The notes under the pieces: generated by a model | Databases searched by the model: none | What the model was told of the DNA's origin: nothing | What the model saw: the letters and a program-made list of their open reading frames with translations, nothing else | Translations under genes and position numbers: made by a program | DNA from: Candidatus Bathyarchaeota archaeon | GTDB taxonomy: Archaea > Thermoproteota > Bathyarchaeia > Bathyarchaeales > Bathycorpusculaceae | Length of the DNA: 64,000 bases | Assembly (NCBI GenBank): GCA_963780185.1 | Contig: CAWABA010000006.1 | Location: forward strand, 544,001-608,000 | Reading direction: 5' to 3' | Shown here: piece by piece, positions 17,701-31,456 of the stretch | Layout: the number at the start of each line of letters is the position of its first letter | Numbering within the stretch: position 1 is the stretch's first letter

Positions 17701-20700
17701 AACCGCAGAGCCTACATCAGCCCAAACCGTTGTTGTAGCGGTTAAAGCTGGGGTTGCAGTCGCAGTGTTGCCAAATGTAGTGTACGTAACTATACCAGTG
17801 ACTGTAGGTGAACCTGGCGGGGAATTAGCAATTGAGTACTCCAGAGTTAACAGATACTGGGCTTGCGCCGCGTCGCTGATCGCGTGATAAGTTGTCATGG
17901 TTATGGTTGGGACTGAAACTGTTCCGCTTCCGCTTCGTGTGACAGTCGTTGTTGTGGAGTCAACTGTGTAGCTGATTAGGTTGAGTCTGCTTCCACTTGT
18001 AACAGCCCAAATATTATTCAGTACAACGTTGACGCTTGTACCGCTGTCGTACCAGCCGTCAGATGTAGGTGAAGCTGTGATCGAGTACTTTGACCCAATC
18101 AATGTTGAATCAGTCAGATAGTACTGTGTTACTGAGGCGAAGGTGACCGTTTGAGGCGAATTCATTGTGACCGCAGAGGTGGTCAAAGTGCCTGAGCCTT
18201 GCCGCGCAGGATTCTGACTGACACCGTCAATCGCGTAGTTAGTTATGGCAGTTCTGCTTTGTCCTGCGATAGTGTTCCATACCCAGTTGCTGGAAACAGT
18301 TGTGGATGTGCCGCTGTCGTACCAGCCAGTGTCGCCGGCGACTGTTGAGGCAGTACCGTAAGCTATGTTGTTGCCGCCGGTCACTGTTAGGAAGTACTGG
18401 GTTACTGATGTTGCTGTGACGAATTCGTGATTTGCAATAGCACCAGTGAATACTGTAACTGTGCTGGTGGTCAAGGGATCACTGCTCATGGCGCCGCCGT
18501 TTAGTGCGTAGCCAGTTAATCGCATGCCTGTATTAGTGGTTCTGCTCCAGATGCCGTTGAGAACGACTGTCACTGGTGTGCCTGTGTCGTACCAGTAATT
18601 GTCACCGGTGATGGTTGGCAAGGTTATCGAGTTAAGTGCTGCAGTGGAGGTGGTGTCTAGAGTCACTTGGTATTGAGTTACTGAAGTGAATGTGACTGTG
18701 TGAGGAGCGGTCATTACGACTGTGCTTGTTATGACTGTTCCAGCGGTTGCAACAGCTACGGGTGAATTGCTGTCTACTTGCCAAGTTGTGACTCGTTGAC
18801 CTACGCCGCTTGTTCTACTGTAGACGCCGTTTGAACTGACCCATGTAGCGGTGCCGCTGTCGTACCAGTTGTCGTTTGTCGGCGAAACAGTGCCGTAGAG
18901 GATTGAGTTTCCGCCGTTGACAGTGAGGTAATATTGGGTTACTGAGATGAAGCTCACGGTGTGGGCTGCATTCATGACTATTGGTGTAGTGGTCAGAGTG
19001 CCTGAGCCTTGGCGTGTTGGGTACTGGTTTGAACTATCGAGTTGCCAGTTGGATACGGCAGTTCGTTGACCTGATGCAGTGTTCCATACCCAGTCGCTGG
19101 AAACAGTTGTGGATGTGCCGCTGTCATACCAGCCTATGTCGCCTGCGATTGCAGGTGCAGTGCCGTAGACTACGGTGTTGCCGCCGGTCACAGTCAAGAA
19201 GTACTGAGCCGTGGATGTGGCTGTCACGAAGGCATGTCCGCTGATGGCGCCGGAAAGCACAGTAACTGTGGCTGTTGTGGCAGTCGGAGTGGTCACGCCG
19301 TTTACTGCGTAGCCAGTTAGTCTTGTGCCAGTTGTTGCGCCTCTGCTCCAGATGCCGTTTAAGACCAGGCTGACTGAGGTTCCGCTGTCATACCAGTAAC
19401 CGGTGTCGCCGCTGATGGTTGCCGGTGTTATTGAGTTTAGCGCGTTTGTGGTTGTTGAGTCCAATGTCACTAGGTATTGAGTAACTGTTGCGGCGTTAAT
19501 CTGATGCGTAGCGCTCATCGTCATCGTGGTTGTCGTGAATGTGCCTGTTGTGGATTCAGGGATGCTTGTTGCGCTGTCCCAGCTGTAGGAGGACACACGT
19601 GTCCCGGAGCCCGTGCTTGGGCTACGGCCGTATACGCCGTTTAAGGTGGCTGCGACGCCGGTTGTTCCTGCATCGTACCAGTAATTGTCCCCTGAGATTG
19701 TCGGCGAAGTAACGCTGACCAAAGCGCTTGCAGCGCCGGAGTTGAACGTCAACTCGTACTGGACAACGCCTGTGGCGGTTACGAATTCGTGGCTGCTGAT
19801 GGCGCCGCTGAGGACTGTGACTGCTCCAGTGGTAAGTGTTGTAGTGGGAGCTCCGCCGTTTAATGCGTAGCCGGTTAGCCTGTTTCCTGTTGTTCCGGTG
19901 CCTCTTGCCCAAACGCCGTTAAGCACAACTGTTACTGGTGTTCCAGAATCGTACCAGTAGCCGGTGTCGCCGCTGATGGTAGCTGGTGTTATTGAGTTAA
20001 GGGTAGCCAGTGAAGTTGAGTCCAATGTCACTTGGTACTGGGTCACTGAGGTTGCGGTGATGGATTGCGGAGCGGTTATGCCGGCACTTGTGAGTGCTGT
20101 TACCGTGCCTGTTGTAAGTGTTGTGGTGCTTGTTCCGCTGTTTAGTGCGTAGCTGGTGAGTCTCATGCCGGTTCCTGTTGTCCCGGTGCCTCTTGCCCAA
20201 ACGCCGTTAAGCACGACAGTCACTGTTGTTCCAGAATCGTACCAGTAGTTGTCGCCGCTAATTGTCGGCGAGGTAATCGAGTTAAGAGCTAAAGCGGTGG
20301 TTGCATCCAAAGTAACCTCGTACTGAGTCACAGAAGCTGCCGTGACGAATTCGTGGCCTGAGATAGCGCCGTTCATCACTGTAACTGCTCCTGTGGTTGC
20401 GGTGGATACGCCGGTTCCGCCGTTTAGCGCGTAGCCTGTTAGCCTGTTTCCTGTTGTCCCGGTGCCTCTTGCCCAAACGCCGTTAAGCACGACAGTCACT
20501 GGTGTTCCAGAATCGTACCAGTAGTTGTCGCCGCTAACTGTCGGCGAAGTTATCGAGTTAAGAGCAGCCGTGGAGGTCGCGTCTAAAGTCACCTGATACT
20601 GAGTTGTTGACGTCGCCGTCACGAACTTGTGGCTGCTAATAGCGCCTGAAAGCACTGTGACGCCGCCAACTGTGGAAGTCGGAGTATTAGACCCGCCGTT

Positions 20701-23700
20701 TACAACGTAACCCGTCAATCGTGTTCCTGTGCCGCCTGCTCTGTTCCATACGCCGTTGAGGACCAAAGTGACTGGGGTTCCGCTGTCGTACCAGTAGGTG
20801 TCACCGCTTACGGTTGGCGAAGTTATCGTGTTAAGAGCCGCTGTCGTTGTGGCGTCTAAGGTTACTTGGTACTGAGTTACGGATATTGCCGTAAACGATT
20901 CTGAGCTTGCAATTGGTCCAGAGTAGAGTGTAACTGTTCCTGTAGTTGAAGTTGGAGTAATTGTCAGACCGTTGATTGAGTAGCCTGCCAGTCTTGTCCC
21001 TGTACCAGCAGCTCTGTTCCAGACACCGTTCAGCAGCACGTTTACTGCTGTTCCGCTGTCATACCAGTAGTTGTCGCCGCTGATAGTTGGTGAAGTTATC
21101 GAGTTAAGAGCTGCAGTCGAAGTCGCGTCCAAAGTTACCTGGTACTGAGTTACTGAAGTGAAGGTCAATGTGTGTGCACCTGACATAGTGATGGAAGTTG
21201 TGGTTACTGTACCCGTGGTTGCGACAGATGTTGCTGGGTTCGAGTCTACCTGCCAGGATGAAATGCGTTGACCAACTCCGCTAGCTCTGTTGTATATGCC
21301 GTTTGAGCTGACCGTTGTGGATGCGCCTGAGTTGTACCATTGGTCACCGAAGAGTGAAGCTGTGCCGAAGGTTACGCCGTTACCGCCGACCACTGTTAAG
21401 AGGTACTGGTGGTAGTAGCCGGATTCAGATACGGTTCCGGTTCCTGAAACGGTCTTGGCGTCCTGTGAACCTGCAAGCGCCCAGCGTTCTGTATTGGAAG
21501 AGGCTATGGCTGTGACGTAGGTTACTTTGCCTGTTCCCGCGTCAACCCATGTGGCTGCTGCCGGAGTTACTCCGCCTGAGCCGTCAGAGGTGATTGCCTG
21601 GCTGGCTCCGAACTGGAAGTAGTGACCGACGGTTAAGCCGTTAGCGATGTGCGTGCCATCGTTCACGACTGAGTAGCTGAAGGTAACTTGGTACTGATGA
21701 TAGTATGGTTCGTTGATTACTGTGAAGGTGTCGACGTTTATGTTGTTAGGTGAAGATGCAAGTGCCCACTGCTCAGTGCCTGAGTAGGCTACTGTGTTGA
21801 ACGTGACTTGTGCGGTACCTGCGTCAACCCATGCTGAGGCAGGTGTAATTGCGCCTGAAGAGTCAATTGAGAGGGTTTGGGTTACGCCGAATTTCTGGAA
21901 TGACCCGACGATTGAACTCGTTGGGATGACTGATTCGTCTTGCGTGGTGCACAGGAAGGCAACGCTCCATTGATGGAAGTATTCTGGGTCAGCTGTTCTA
22001 GATGCTGAGCCGACTGAGGCTATGACTGTGTGTGTGGGTCCGAGGTCGCTTGTGGATATTTGGTAGCGTTCGTGTCCTGAAATCGAGACTGGTGAAGCGT
22101 AATTAATTGAGGTTCCGACGTCTACCCAGTCGTTTGAAAGGGAGAGCACACCTTGTTGGTTAGTTGAAAGATGCATTGCACCGCCGAACTGTGTATAGAA
22201 CACCAAGTTTGCTTGGTTTGATATGGCTGAGCCGTCGTTGGTTGTGTAGTCGAAGGAGACTAGCCATTGGTGATAGTACCCTGTCTCAGTGATCGTTGCA
22301 GAAGATAAGACGTTGTAGTAACTGGTTGAAGTCAAAGCCCATCGCTCGACACCTGAAGAAGCAACAGCTGTTCCATAAGCAACATTGTTGTAGCCTGCAT
22401 CAAGCCAAACAGTGCCTGCTGAAGTCACACCGTAAGTTCCGCTTGGAGACGAGTAAAGCGTTACAGTGTTACCGAACTGTGTGTATGAGCCTATGGCTAA
22501 GTTGCTGCTGGCGTCGCTGTCCCAAATGGCGCTGGAATCATTGGTTGTGTAGCTTAAAGTCACATGGTACTGGTGATAGTAGGTTGGGTCAACAGTGTCT
22601 GCTCCGCTTACGGTGTCTACGACTGAATAACCGGCTGAGAAAGGCAAGTTTATCATATAGCGTTCTGTGCCGGAAATGCTAATTGGATTGGCGTAAAAGA
22701 CACTTGAGGCTGCGTCGGTCCAGTCGCTGAATCCAGTTGCATGGTTGCCTAAGACGGCACTGCCGAATTGATAGTAGACAACCGCCGGAGGAGTTACTGA
22801 GCTGCTGTCTGAGGTGCTGTAGGTGAAGGTTACCAGATATTGGTGATAGTAGCTTTCTGTGTATGATCCTGCGCCCGCTACATTTTGATAGTCTGTTCCG
22901 CCGCCCAAGAATATGGCGTGTGATGCCCATTCCTCTGTGCTTGAAGCAGATATTAGGAAGTAACGTACGTTGGCTGTGCCTGCATCAACCCATGTCGCTG
23001 CGGAAGGCGAAACTGCGCCTGCGCCGTCAGACATGATTGCGTGCCAAGAGCCGAACTGATAGTACTGGCCGATATCGCCGCTTGGAACATTGCTTGCGTC
23101 GTTGACAACTGAGTAACCGAAGGTTACTGAGTACTGGTGGTAGTAGTCGGGGTTAGTCGGCGAGGTAGATGAATCAACTGAAGTGGAAATGTATGATAGC
23201 CCGCCCACGGTTGTGAAGTCTATTGACCACTGCTCAGATGATGTGGAGTCGCTTGTCAGTGTGGGGTATGCAACTGTTGTGCCTGCATCAGCCCAATCAA
23301 ATGCACCGCCGCCAGAGTCTGCAGTCATAGAATCGGACAGACCAAACTGGGTATAGTAGGCTGTTGGAGCAGCTGGAGAGCCGCCGCCGATGACTGTGTA
23401 TTCAAAGGTCACTTTGAACTGGTGATAGTAGGTCGGGTCAATCGTCAAAGTTGATCCGCTAACGCTGGAAACAATCTGAGATAAGCCGCCGACAACGGTG
23501 TAGTCTGCTTGCCAACGCTCAGTGCCAGATGCGCTGATTGGATTGTCGTAGGAGACTGCTGTGCCTGCGTCGACCCACTGTATCACGTGATGGTCTGTTG
23601 CGGCTATCACGGTGTATGCTCCGCCGAACTGTTTGTAGTGTGCGGTCGGAGCGCTTGGAGAGCCGTCAGTTACTGAATATTGGAATATGACGCTGAATTG

Positions 23701-26700
23701 ATGATAGTACTCTGGGTTAGCTGTCACTGCGCCTGTGCCAACTGAGGAGATAACCGTGTTGGTTCCTGTGTCGGCTGAGTCAATTATGTATTGTTCTGTG
23801 CCTGCCAAGCCGATTGCTATTGGTGAGTTGTACAGAACTGCTGTGCCTGCATCTGCCCAGTCGCTTGATTTGGAGAGGGCGCCTGAACCGTCAGTTGACA
23901 AGTAAGATGTGCTGCCGAATTGAGTGTACGCAACCATGCTAGATTGGCTTGCAAGAGCGGTTGCATCGTTGGTTGTGTAGGCGAATGATACCATGAATTG
24001 GTGGACGTAGCTTGTTGGAGGCGAAATCGTGCCGCCGCTCGTCGTTATAATTGGCTGATAGGCGTTGCCGTAAAGTGCCCAGCGCTCAGTTCCTGTGCTG
24101 GCGTGGGAAGTTCCTGGGAAAGTCACGGTTGTGCCGTAGTCAACCCATCCCGCTGTGCTGTAGGAATCACCAGAGTTTAGAGTGACAATGGTTGAACCAC
24201 TAGTGCCGAAGTAGGTGCCTGTAACTGCAACGTAGTCTGGTGCTGAAAGACCCGAGACGGCGAAGGTGTTCTGCAACTGGTGATAGTATGTGGGGTTAAC
24301 TGTTCCGGATGCAGCTAGTGACGATACGACTGTGTGGGATCCGCCGTCACCTGAGGCAATCATGTACCGCTCGTCGCCGGAAATGGCGATTGGAGAGTTG
24401 TAGAGGATTGCGGTGGTTGCGTCAACCCAGTCGCTTGCCACCGTGAGTGCGCCTGAACCGTCAGTTGAAACGTAGCTCGTAGCCGTGGATGATGTGTAAG
24501 TTATCAGGTTCGTCTGGCTTATGAGTGGTGAAGCGTCGCTGGTTGTGTAGTCGAAGTAAATCAGGTATTGGTGGATGTATTGATCGCCGTAGGCTGCTCC
24601 TCCCGTTGTGATTGGACCATAAGTATCTCCTGAGGAGGCCCAGCGTTCGGTTCCGCTGCTCAAAGTGGTTGTTATTGGGAAAGTTGCTGTAGTGCCGTAG
24701 TCAGTCCAGCCTGTGGTGCTCCAGCCGTTGCCCGTATTGAGCTCTGCAATTGTTGCTGGTACGCCAAAAGCGGTTCCATTGACGTCAATTGAGTCGCTGG
24801 CGCCTGCACTGCCGTCGAGGAATGTTGCGTCGAAAGTGTTCTTCATTTGTCTGAAGTATTCGGGGTTAGCCGTCTTGTGGCTTGAGCCAACAGAGGAAAT
24901 TACGGTGCTGGTTCCGCTGTCTGCTAGGGCAATCTTGTAGGCCTCGTTTGCTGAGATTGAAATGGGTGAATTGTACAGGACCGATGTTGTTGCGTCAGCC
25001 CAGTCGCTTGACTTGGACAAGACGCCAAAAGCATCTGTTGAAAGATGCATTGTGCTTCCGAATTGGGTGTAAGTTACCAAGTTGGCTTTGCTGTTAAGAG
25101 TCGAAGCATCACTCGTTGTATAAGCAAACGAAACTGAGAACTGGTGATAGTACTCAGCACTGGCTGTCATATGGGTACTGTCTACCGTGGCTATTACTGT
25201 GTGAGACCCTCCGTCGCCTGAAGCAATCATGTACTGCTCGTCTCCGGATAGCCCGATCGCTATTGGAGAGGCGTACGTGACAGCGCTTCCCGCGTCGACC
25301 CATTCCGTGGATGCAGGTGTAAGTGCGCCGCCGCTGTTAGTTGACAGGTATGTTGCGCTTCCGAAGTGTTGGTAAGTCACTACGTTAGATTGGCTTGCAA
25401 GGTTTGAGCCGTCATTAGTTGTGAAGGAGAATGAAACCGAGAATTGGTGATAATAAGAGGTCTCATACGCCGTTCCCCATGTGTTGACTAAGAAGAGTTG
25501 AGGTGAAGAGGATAGAGCCCAACGCTCAGTGTTTGAGGATGCAGTTGCAGTTACGAAGTTAACTGTTCCTACGCCTGCATCAACCCAAACGGCAACTGAT
25601 GGTGAAACGCCGCCTAAGCCGTCAGAGGTGATATCGTTCGATGAGCCGAATTGCCAGTAGTGACCGACAACAAGTGTGTTAGGGATGTCACTGAGGTCAG
25701 AAGTGCTGTAGCTGAAGTCGACTTTGTACTGGTGATAGTACAATGGGTTGGCTGTTACTGCACCTGTGCCAACTGAGGAAATTACTGTGTGTGTTCCCGC
25801 GTCGGCTGAATTAATCATGTACTGCTCATGTCCTGCCCCGCCGATTGCTATCGCTGAGTTGTACAAAACGGTGGTGCCTGCATCAGCCCAGTCGCTGGAA
25901 GCTGACAATACGCCGGAACCGTCGGTTGATAGATGCATTGTGCCTGTGAACTGGGTGTAAGTCACCAAGTTAGATTGGCTTACAAGAAGCGAACCGTAGT
26001 TTACCGTGTAGGCGAATGATACCAAGAATTGGTGAGTGTATGCGTGTGAGTAGCTGCCTCCGCCTGCTGCTAAAGCGCCTGTTGAAGCTGCGCCGCCGCT
26101 AAGAGCCCAACGTTCACTGCCAGTGCTTGCACTAGAGGTTGCTGGGAAAGTAACCGCAGTGTTACGGTCGCTCCAAGCTGTTGTGCTCCAGCCGTTGCCA
26201 GTGCTAAGAGTCACGATGGTTACCGGAGATGAGCCATATAGTGAGCCGGTTAATACGACGGTGTCGCTGCCTGAGACTCCAGTTACGGTGAACGTGTTCA
26301 ATACCTGTAGGAAGTAATCAGGGCTAGGTGTCAAAGTTGATCCGCTGACGCTGGAAACAATAGTTGATTTGCCGCTTGAAACCGTAAAGTCTGCTTGCCA
26401 ACGCTCATTTGCAATTGCACTTAACGGGTTATCATATTGGATTGCCGTAGTTGCGTCAACCCAGTCAACAGCACCGCCAGTAAGAGCAGTTATAGTCTGC
26501 GCGGAACCAAACTGGGTGTAGTACGCTGTCGGGTCGCTTGGAACAGCTAAGCCGCCGCCGTTGTTAAATGAATACTCGAATGCGACTTGGAACTGGTGAT
26601 AATACAGGTATGCAGTTGTTTGGGTAGCGGAAACTGTACCTGAAGCAGTCGTTGCTGTCTGCCAGCGTTCGTTGCCTGCTGAGCCTGTAAGCGGGTTATC

Positions 26701-28985
26701 TACTGCCCATGAGGTAGTTGCGTCAAGCCAGTAGTCTGTAGCTGTGCCTGTGAGGGTTGGTGTATAAGCGCTTCCAGCTTGTGTGGCTGTTAAGACTGGT
26801 GCTGATGCGCCTGTGTCGCCGTCAACAATTGAGTAAGACAGGACAAACTTGAATTGATGATAGAAGTTCATTGGAGCAGAGCCGCTCGCAGTGACAAGAT
26901 AGTATGCGAAACTTGGATTGACTTCCCAGCGCTCCGTTCCAGAAGAAGCTGTAGCGGTTGAATATGTAAGATGGCTACCTGCATCAGCCCAGTCGCTTGA
27001 TGGAGACGTAACGGCATATGTGGTTGTTGAGTCGATAGACATGGACGAGCCAAATTGCTTGTAATCGCCAATGACCAAGCCGCTTGCAATGGGTGTAGGG
27101 TTGTCGTTGGTGCTGTAGCCGAAACTGACCACAAATTGGTGATAGTAGCCAGATTCTGAAAGAGTGCCGGTAGCAGAAACGTCATGCTGTCCGGCGAAGA
27201 AGCCAACGCCCAACGCTCGGTAGTTGAGCTTGCGACAGCGGTAACGTAATTCACGTTGCCTGCGCCTGCGTCGACCCAAGTTGCTGAGGAAGGTGAAACG
27301 CCGCCTGAGCCGTCAGAGGTTATAGAGTTTGATGAACCGAACTGCCAGTAGTGACCGACGACGAGGCTGCTATCAATGTCGCCGCTGTTGACTACTGAGT
27401 AGCCGAAGGAAACTTCGTACTGGTGATAATAGCCGTATTCAAAGATGTTGTTGCCTGGACCCAAAGATAAACCTGAGAAAGAGTCTGACCCTGCGGATAG
27501 AGCCCAACGTTCTGTGCCAGATGTAGCAGTGTATGTTGTGAAGGTTATGGAACCTGCTGCATCGACCCATGTTTGGTACGTCCAGCCACCATAGTTGTCG
27601 CTTCCAGTCGTGTAGGTATAGGTCCCGTCGGAGTAGTATGAATAGAAATTGATGGAAGAACCAAATTGAGTGTAAGTACCCATGAGGGCGCCCGTTGGAA
27701 TCCCGCTGAGGTCAGTTGGGTGAGCATAGAGCCCCATGTAGTATTGGTGATAGAAATGAGTCTCTGTTATGGTGCCAGAACCAGTGACGCTGTATTCGTT
27801 GGCGTAGGTGCCTAACGTTGGATTGTACGCTATCGCCCAAGCTTCATCACCAACGGTGGTCCTGTAATAGGCAACTGTGTTGCTGCCGGCGTTAACCCAA
27901 TCGCTGGAGGCTGTCCCGCCGCTGACTGCAGCGCCATAACCGCTGCCTGGAGCCGACCAAATATCTACGTAGGAGTTGAACTGCGCAAAGTTTCCAATAG
28001 CCAAGCCGCTGCCCACGTTATGTATTGTTGAGTCGTCGTCGGTAGTGTAGGCAAAGGAGGTAAGGTACTGGTGATAGTACGTTGGGTTGATTGGGGATGT
28101 GCTTGAACCGACGCTTGAGGCAACTGTGGAGACACCGCTTGAAATTGTTAAGTCTGTTTGCCAACGCTCGGAGCCGCCTGAACCAACCAGCGGGTTAGTG
28201 TATGTGACGGCGGTTGTTGCGTCAACCCAATCGGACACGGAAGTGTCGGTGGCAGCAGTCTTTGTTAGAGGTGTACCGAATTTGGTGTAAGAGGCAGTTG
28301 GAGCTGAAGAGCCGCTCGCGCCGCCATTCACGGAGTATTGGAAGACCACATCAAACTGATGATAGTACAAAGGAGTTACGGAAATGGGTCCGGTAACTTG
28401 ACCACTTGCGCTAGCTGGGTTACTTATAGCCCACTGCTCAGTCAACGAAGGTGTGTAGATTGGATCATCAAAGGAATAAACTGTTTGTGCATCCAGCCAA
28501 ACACTCTGAGTTGAAGCGGTGAAACTAAAGGATCCTTTGGTGCCGTACTGGTAACCATAAAATCGGGCTGCTGGCGATGGAGTTGAAGCGTCAGATGTTG
28601 AGTAACTGTAAGTTACATAAAACTGTCGGTAATAGGTAGGATTTAGTACCGTATCAGCGCTCGCGGTCCCGCTTAACGTGGCATTATTGGTCTCCCAACG
28701 CACTAAACCATTACCATAAGCCGGATTAGAAATTGACCATGAGCTACCAGACGAGACTTCATAGGCTACTGGGCTAGTAGTCAGGGAAACAACCTGAGGC
28801 CCTGTATTGAAGTCTACATAAGTGAAGGTTGGTGCGGTAGTTGGAATTGAAGTGTCGGATACTGAATAGCTTAAGAAGAAAGTATCGTAAGTTGAAGCTT
28901 TTGCTTGGTTTACGCATAGGTAACTGACTGATAGTATGGCTATGGTTACGAGCAATATTGCTAATATTTTCATGTTTTTTTGCAT
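14725..28985 (-). CDS. giant (~4750 aa) repetitive cell-surface protein, one frameshift near 27186
   Basis: ORF 26868-28985 (signal peptide) and ORF 14725-27279 share ERW...YYHQF repeats and join at RWALASSPDS/HDVSATGTLSESGYYHQ; C-terminal InlB-B-like repeats, T/P linker, TM helix and RRKKTK tail. Confidence 0.9.
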
Positions 28986-29898
28986 TTTTTAATCCTCTCT
29001 TCCTTTTTTGTTAATGTTGTAACTGTGTTGTTTGTTATTGTTGCAGCTATCGATGAGTAAAGACGTGACGTTTGGGGAACCATTTGCCAAAAAAGAGTCA
29101 TTTCTAACTGTTTTTTGAGTTAAATTTGAGGTAAAAATATCGAAATTTAATGTGCTAGTATACCCTCTCATCTCTCGTCTTCCTCCATGACATGTAACTG
29201 CTTGGCTGGCTCTTATCTTAAAAGTAGTATATAAAATATGTGGATGAAAGATACATGGATATTTAATGCATATTATACAGAAATATACCTGCATTGTTCT
29301 ATGCCTATCATGCTGAACATGTTCATGCACATTTGATGCACAGAAAACAACGAAAAAAATAGCAACCGCCCCCACGCAACGGAAAACCAAGGCGTCCACT
29401 CGAAAAACGGCTTTTCTCCATGGAAAATTAGGAGTTTTCCCCACAAAAGAAGCATATTGAAACATATTAGAAACATACCAAGGCATACGGAAGACCCGAG
29501 AAGGCGTTGCCCCGCATAACGTTAGACTGCTTTGGCGAGCTATTTGGCTCGTCTAGATGCCCCTATTTGGTTCCTCTAGAAAACCGTAGGGGGGATGGGT
29601 ACGAAAAAATAAATATCCTGCTTAAGACGCCAAAAATCCCAGCTTGGCTGAAGGGAAAGAACTTCGCTCGTTGATGATGATGGAGTATTTTCCTTCTTCT
29701 TCCAAAAAAGTAACCTCTAGGAGACGCAAACGTGGCAGGGACAAGCAATTATTTGCTGACAAAGTATAGCAAAAAGCAATAAATGATCAGGGTAAGCTAC
29801 GTATCGCAAGAAACAAAGATTCTGAGGCACTAAAATTTTTTATACCTACATCAACCATTCTATTAGCTGCAGAGCGCAAGCTCGGTGTATAACCACTA

Positions 29899-30441
29899 AT
29901 GATCAGCACCCAAACATTAACCAACTTAGGCGAAAAGAACTTTGAACCGACCAAAACCGTTGGCTTAATCTCAGACACACATGTGCCAAAAAGGGCGGCA
30001 AAGATTCCTCAGAAAGTTTTTGACATCTTCCAAAACGTGGATTTCATCGTACACGCCGGCGACCTTGTTGAGTTATCAGTCATCGACGAGTTGGAGCAGG
30101 CCGCACCGGTTTTGGCAGTTCACGGCAACATGGACAGCCCCCAAGCCAACGAATCCCTGCCCACGCTCAACTCGCTGAAAATTTTCGATTGGAAAATCGG
30201 CGTAATGCATGACCCAGACGCCTTAAATGGCTCCGACAAGATGCGCTACATTGCAGAAGAAAACGCCTTTAACGTTTTAGTTTACGGCCACACGCACACC
30301 CCAAGGATCAAGTGGGAAGGAGAAATCCTCTTTATCAACCCTGGAAGCCCAACTGACCCAGCGTCTTTTCTTAACAAACCCTCGGTGGGGCTGCTGCAGA
30401 TAACGCGCAAGGCAATTAAGCCTCAGATAATCGACCTCTAA
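29899..30441 (+). CDS. YfcE/MJ0936-type metallophosphoesterase
   Basis: SDTH, HAGD, GNMD, GHTH and NPGS motifs. Confidence 0.93.
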   Translation: MISTQTLTNLGEKNFEPTKTVGLISDTHVPKRAAKIPQKVFDIFQNVDFIVHAGDLVELSVIDELEQAAPVLAVHGNMDSPQANESLPTLNSLKIFDWKIGVMHDPDALNGSDKMRYIAEENAFNVLVYGHTHTPRIKWEGEILFINPGSPTDPASFLNKPSVGLLQITRKAIKPQIIDL

Positions 30442-30896
30442 CCCATCAATGCAGACCAATAAAGAACGCCGTAAAGAACAAAACCAAAAGCCAAAGCGAC
30501 AAGCCACACCGTGATGGTTGCCAACATGAACTTTTTCCTCGTAAAGCACTTTTCTAAGCCGGTGCGGCGCCAAGAAAGAACAAGCCACAGACCAAGCGAA
30601 ACAGCTACGACGCCAAGCGGCACATGGATCAGGGTGATGATTGAGGTTAAGTCGGATAGGTGTGGGAGAACGAAAACGGGGATGATCGCTAAAACTAAGG
30701 TGGGCACCATGAACGCGAATATCATGGATAGGTGCAGAATCAGGGCGGCTGTCATGGCGCGGGCGTGTTGTGGAAACTTTGCTTTGCTCCGTAGCCAGTA
30801 GCCGTAGAGCAGCAGAAACAGAACGATTGCTTGGATGGTTAGGCTAACGGTGGCGAATAGTAGGAAGGGGTTGTTTAGAAGCGACATGGCGCTCAT
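30438..30896 (-). CDS. DUF420-like four-TM membrane protein
   Basis: Four hydrophobic helices with conserved His residues (QHARAM, LILH, LIHVPLG). Confidence 0.65.
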   Translation of the reverse strand: MSAMSLLNNPFLLFATVSLTIQAIVLFLLLYGYWLRSKAKFPQHARAMTAALILHLSMIFAFMVPTLVLAIIPVFVLPHLSDLTSIITLIHVPLGVVAVSLGLWLVLSWRRTGLEKCFTRKKFMLATITVWLVALAFGFVLYGVLYWSALMG

Positions 30897-31022
30897 TAAA
30901 CCACAGACGTCTAAACGTATAAAGTTTCACTTTCACTCACCCCTCCCCTGCCCCAAACATTCGCTGGAGCAGTTTCCTTAAAAGGACTTAACGCCAAAAG
31001 ACGGCTTCTAGAGGTAAAAAAC

Positions 31023-31160
31023 ATGGAGCATTGTAAAAACCCGTGGAAAGACGACTGCAAAAGCGAAAACATCAAACTCTACATCGAGCTGAAAGGCGAA
31101 AAACTGCCGATATGCCAGCAATGCTGGAACAAGATTGCTGACCAAGAAATCGAGTGGTGA
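31023..31160 (+). CDS. 45-aa Cys4 zinc-finger microprotein (absent from ORF track)
   Basis: MEHCKNPWKDDCKSENIKLYIELKGEKLPICQQCWNKIADQEIEW; GAGGT RBS at 31011; stop overlaps next start. Confidence 0.75.
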   Translation: MEHCKNPWKDDCKSENIKLYIELKGEKLPICQQCWNKIADQEIEW

Positions 31161-31402
31161 GTGGCTTGGAGAGCTTTAGCGCTAACAGCGCCAAATCGTA
31201 TCTTGGCAGAAACGTCAACCTGCACCTGAAAGACGGCGCAGTCATAGTGAACGTGCAGCTAACTGGAATCCACAAGATTTCAGGAAAAAACAACCAGGTC
31301 GAATACGCGGCATCTGGAAAACGCAAAACCAGCCGAATACCCCTAAGACACGTCGCTTGGGCAGAGCTTATAAACGCAAATCTCATGCAGAAAGCCGCCT
31401 GA
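31154..31402 (+). CDS. small hypothetical protein, possibly Sm/Lsm-like fold
   Basis: YLGRNVNLHLKDGAVIVNVQLTG...IPLRHV resembles Sm1/Sm2 spacing. Confidence 0.6.
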   Translation: MVSGLESFSANSAKSYLGRNVNLHLKDGAVIVNVQLTGIHKISGKNNQVEYAASGKRKTSRIPLRHVAWAELINANLMQKAA

Positions 31403-31456
31403 AACGGACAAGAAACGGGATAAAAGGAGAAATAGCAGAACAATAATTCAAACCCT

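Noticed and set aside
14725-28985. Repeat-rich region as a CRISPR array or DGR target
   Set aside because: The repeats are in-frame protein modules. There is no constant repeat/unique spacer pattern, no adenine-specific variation seen, and no cas or reverse transcriptase gene.
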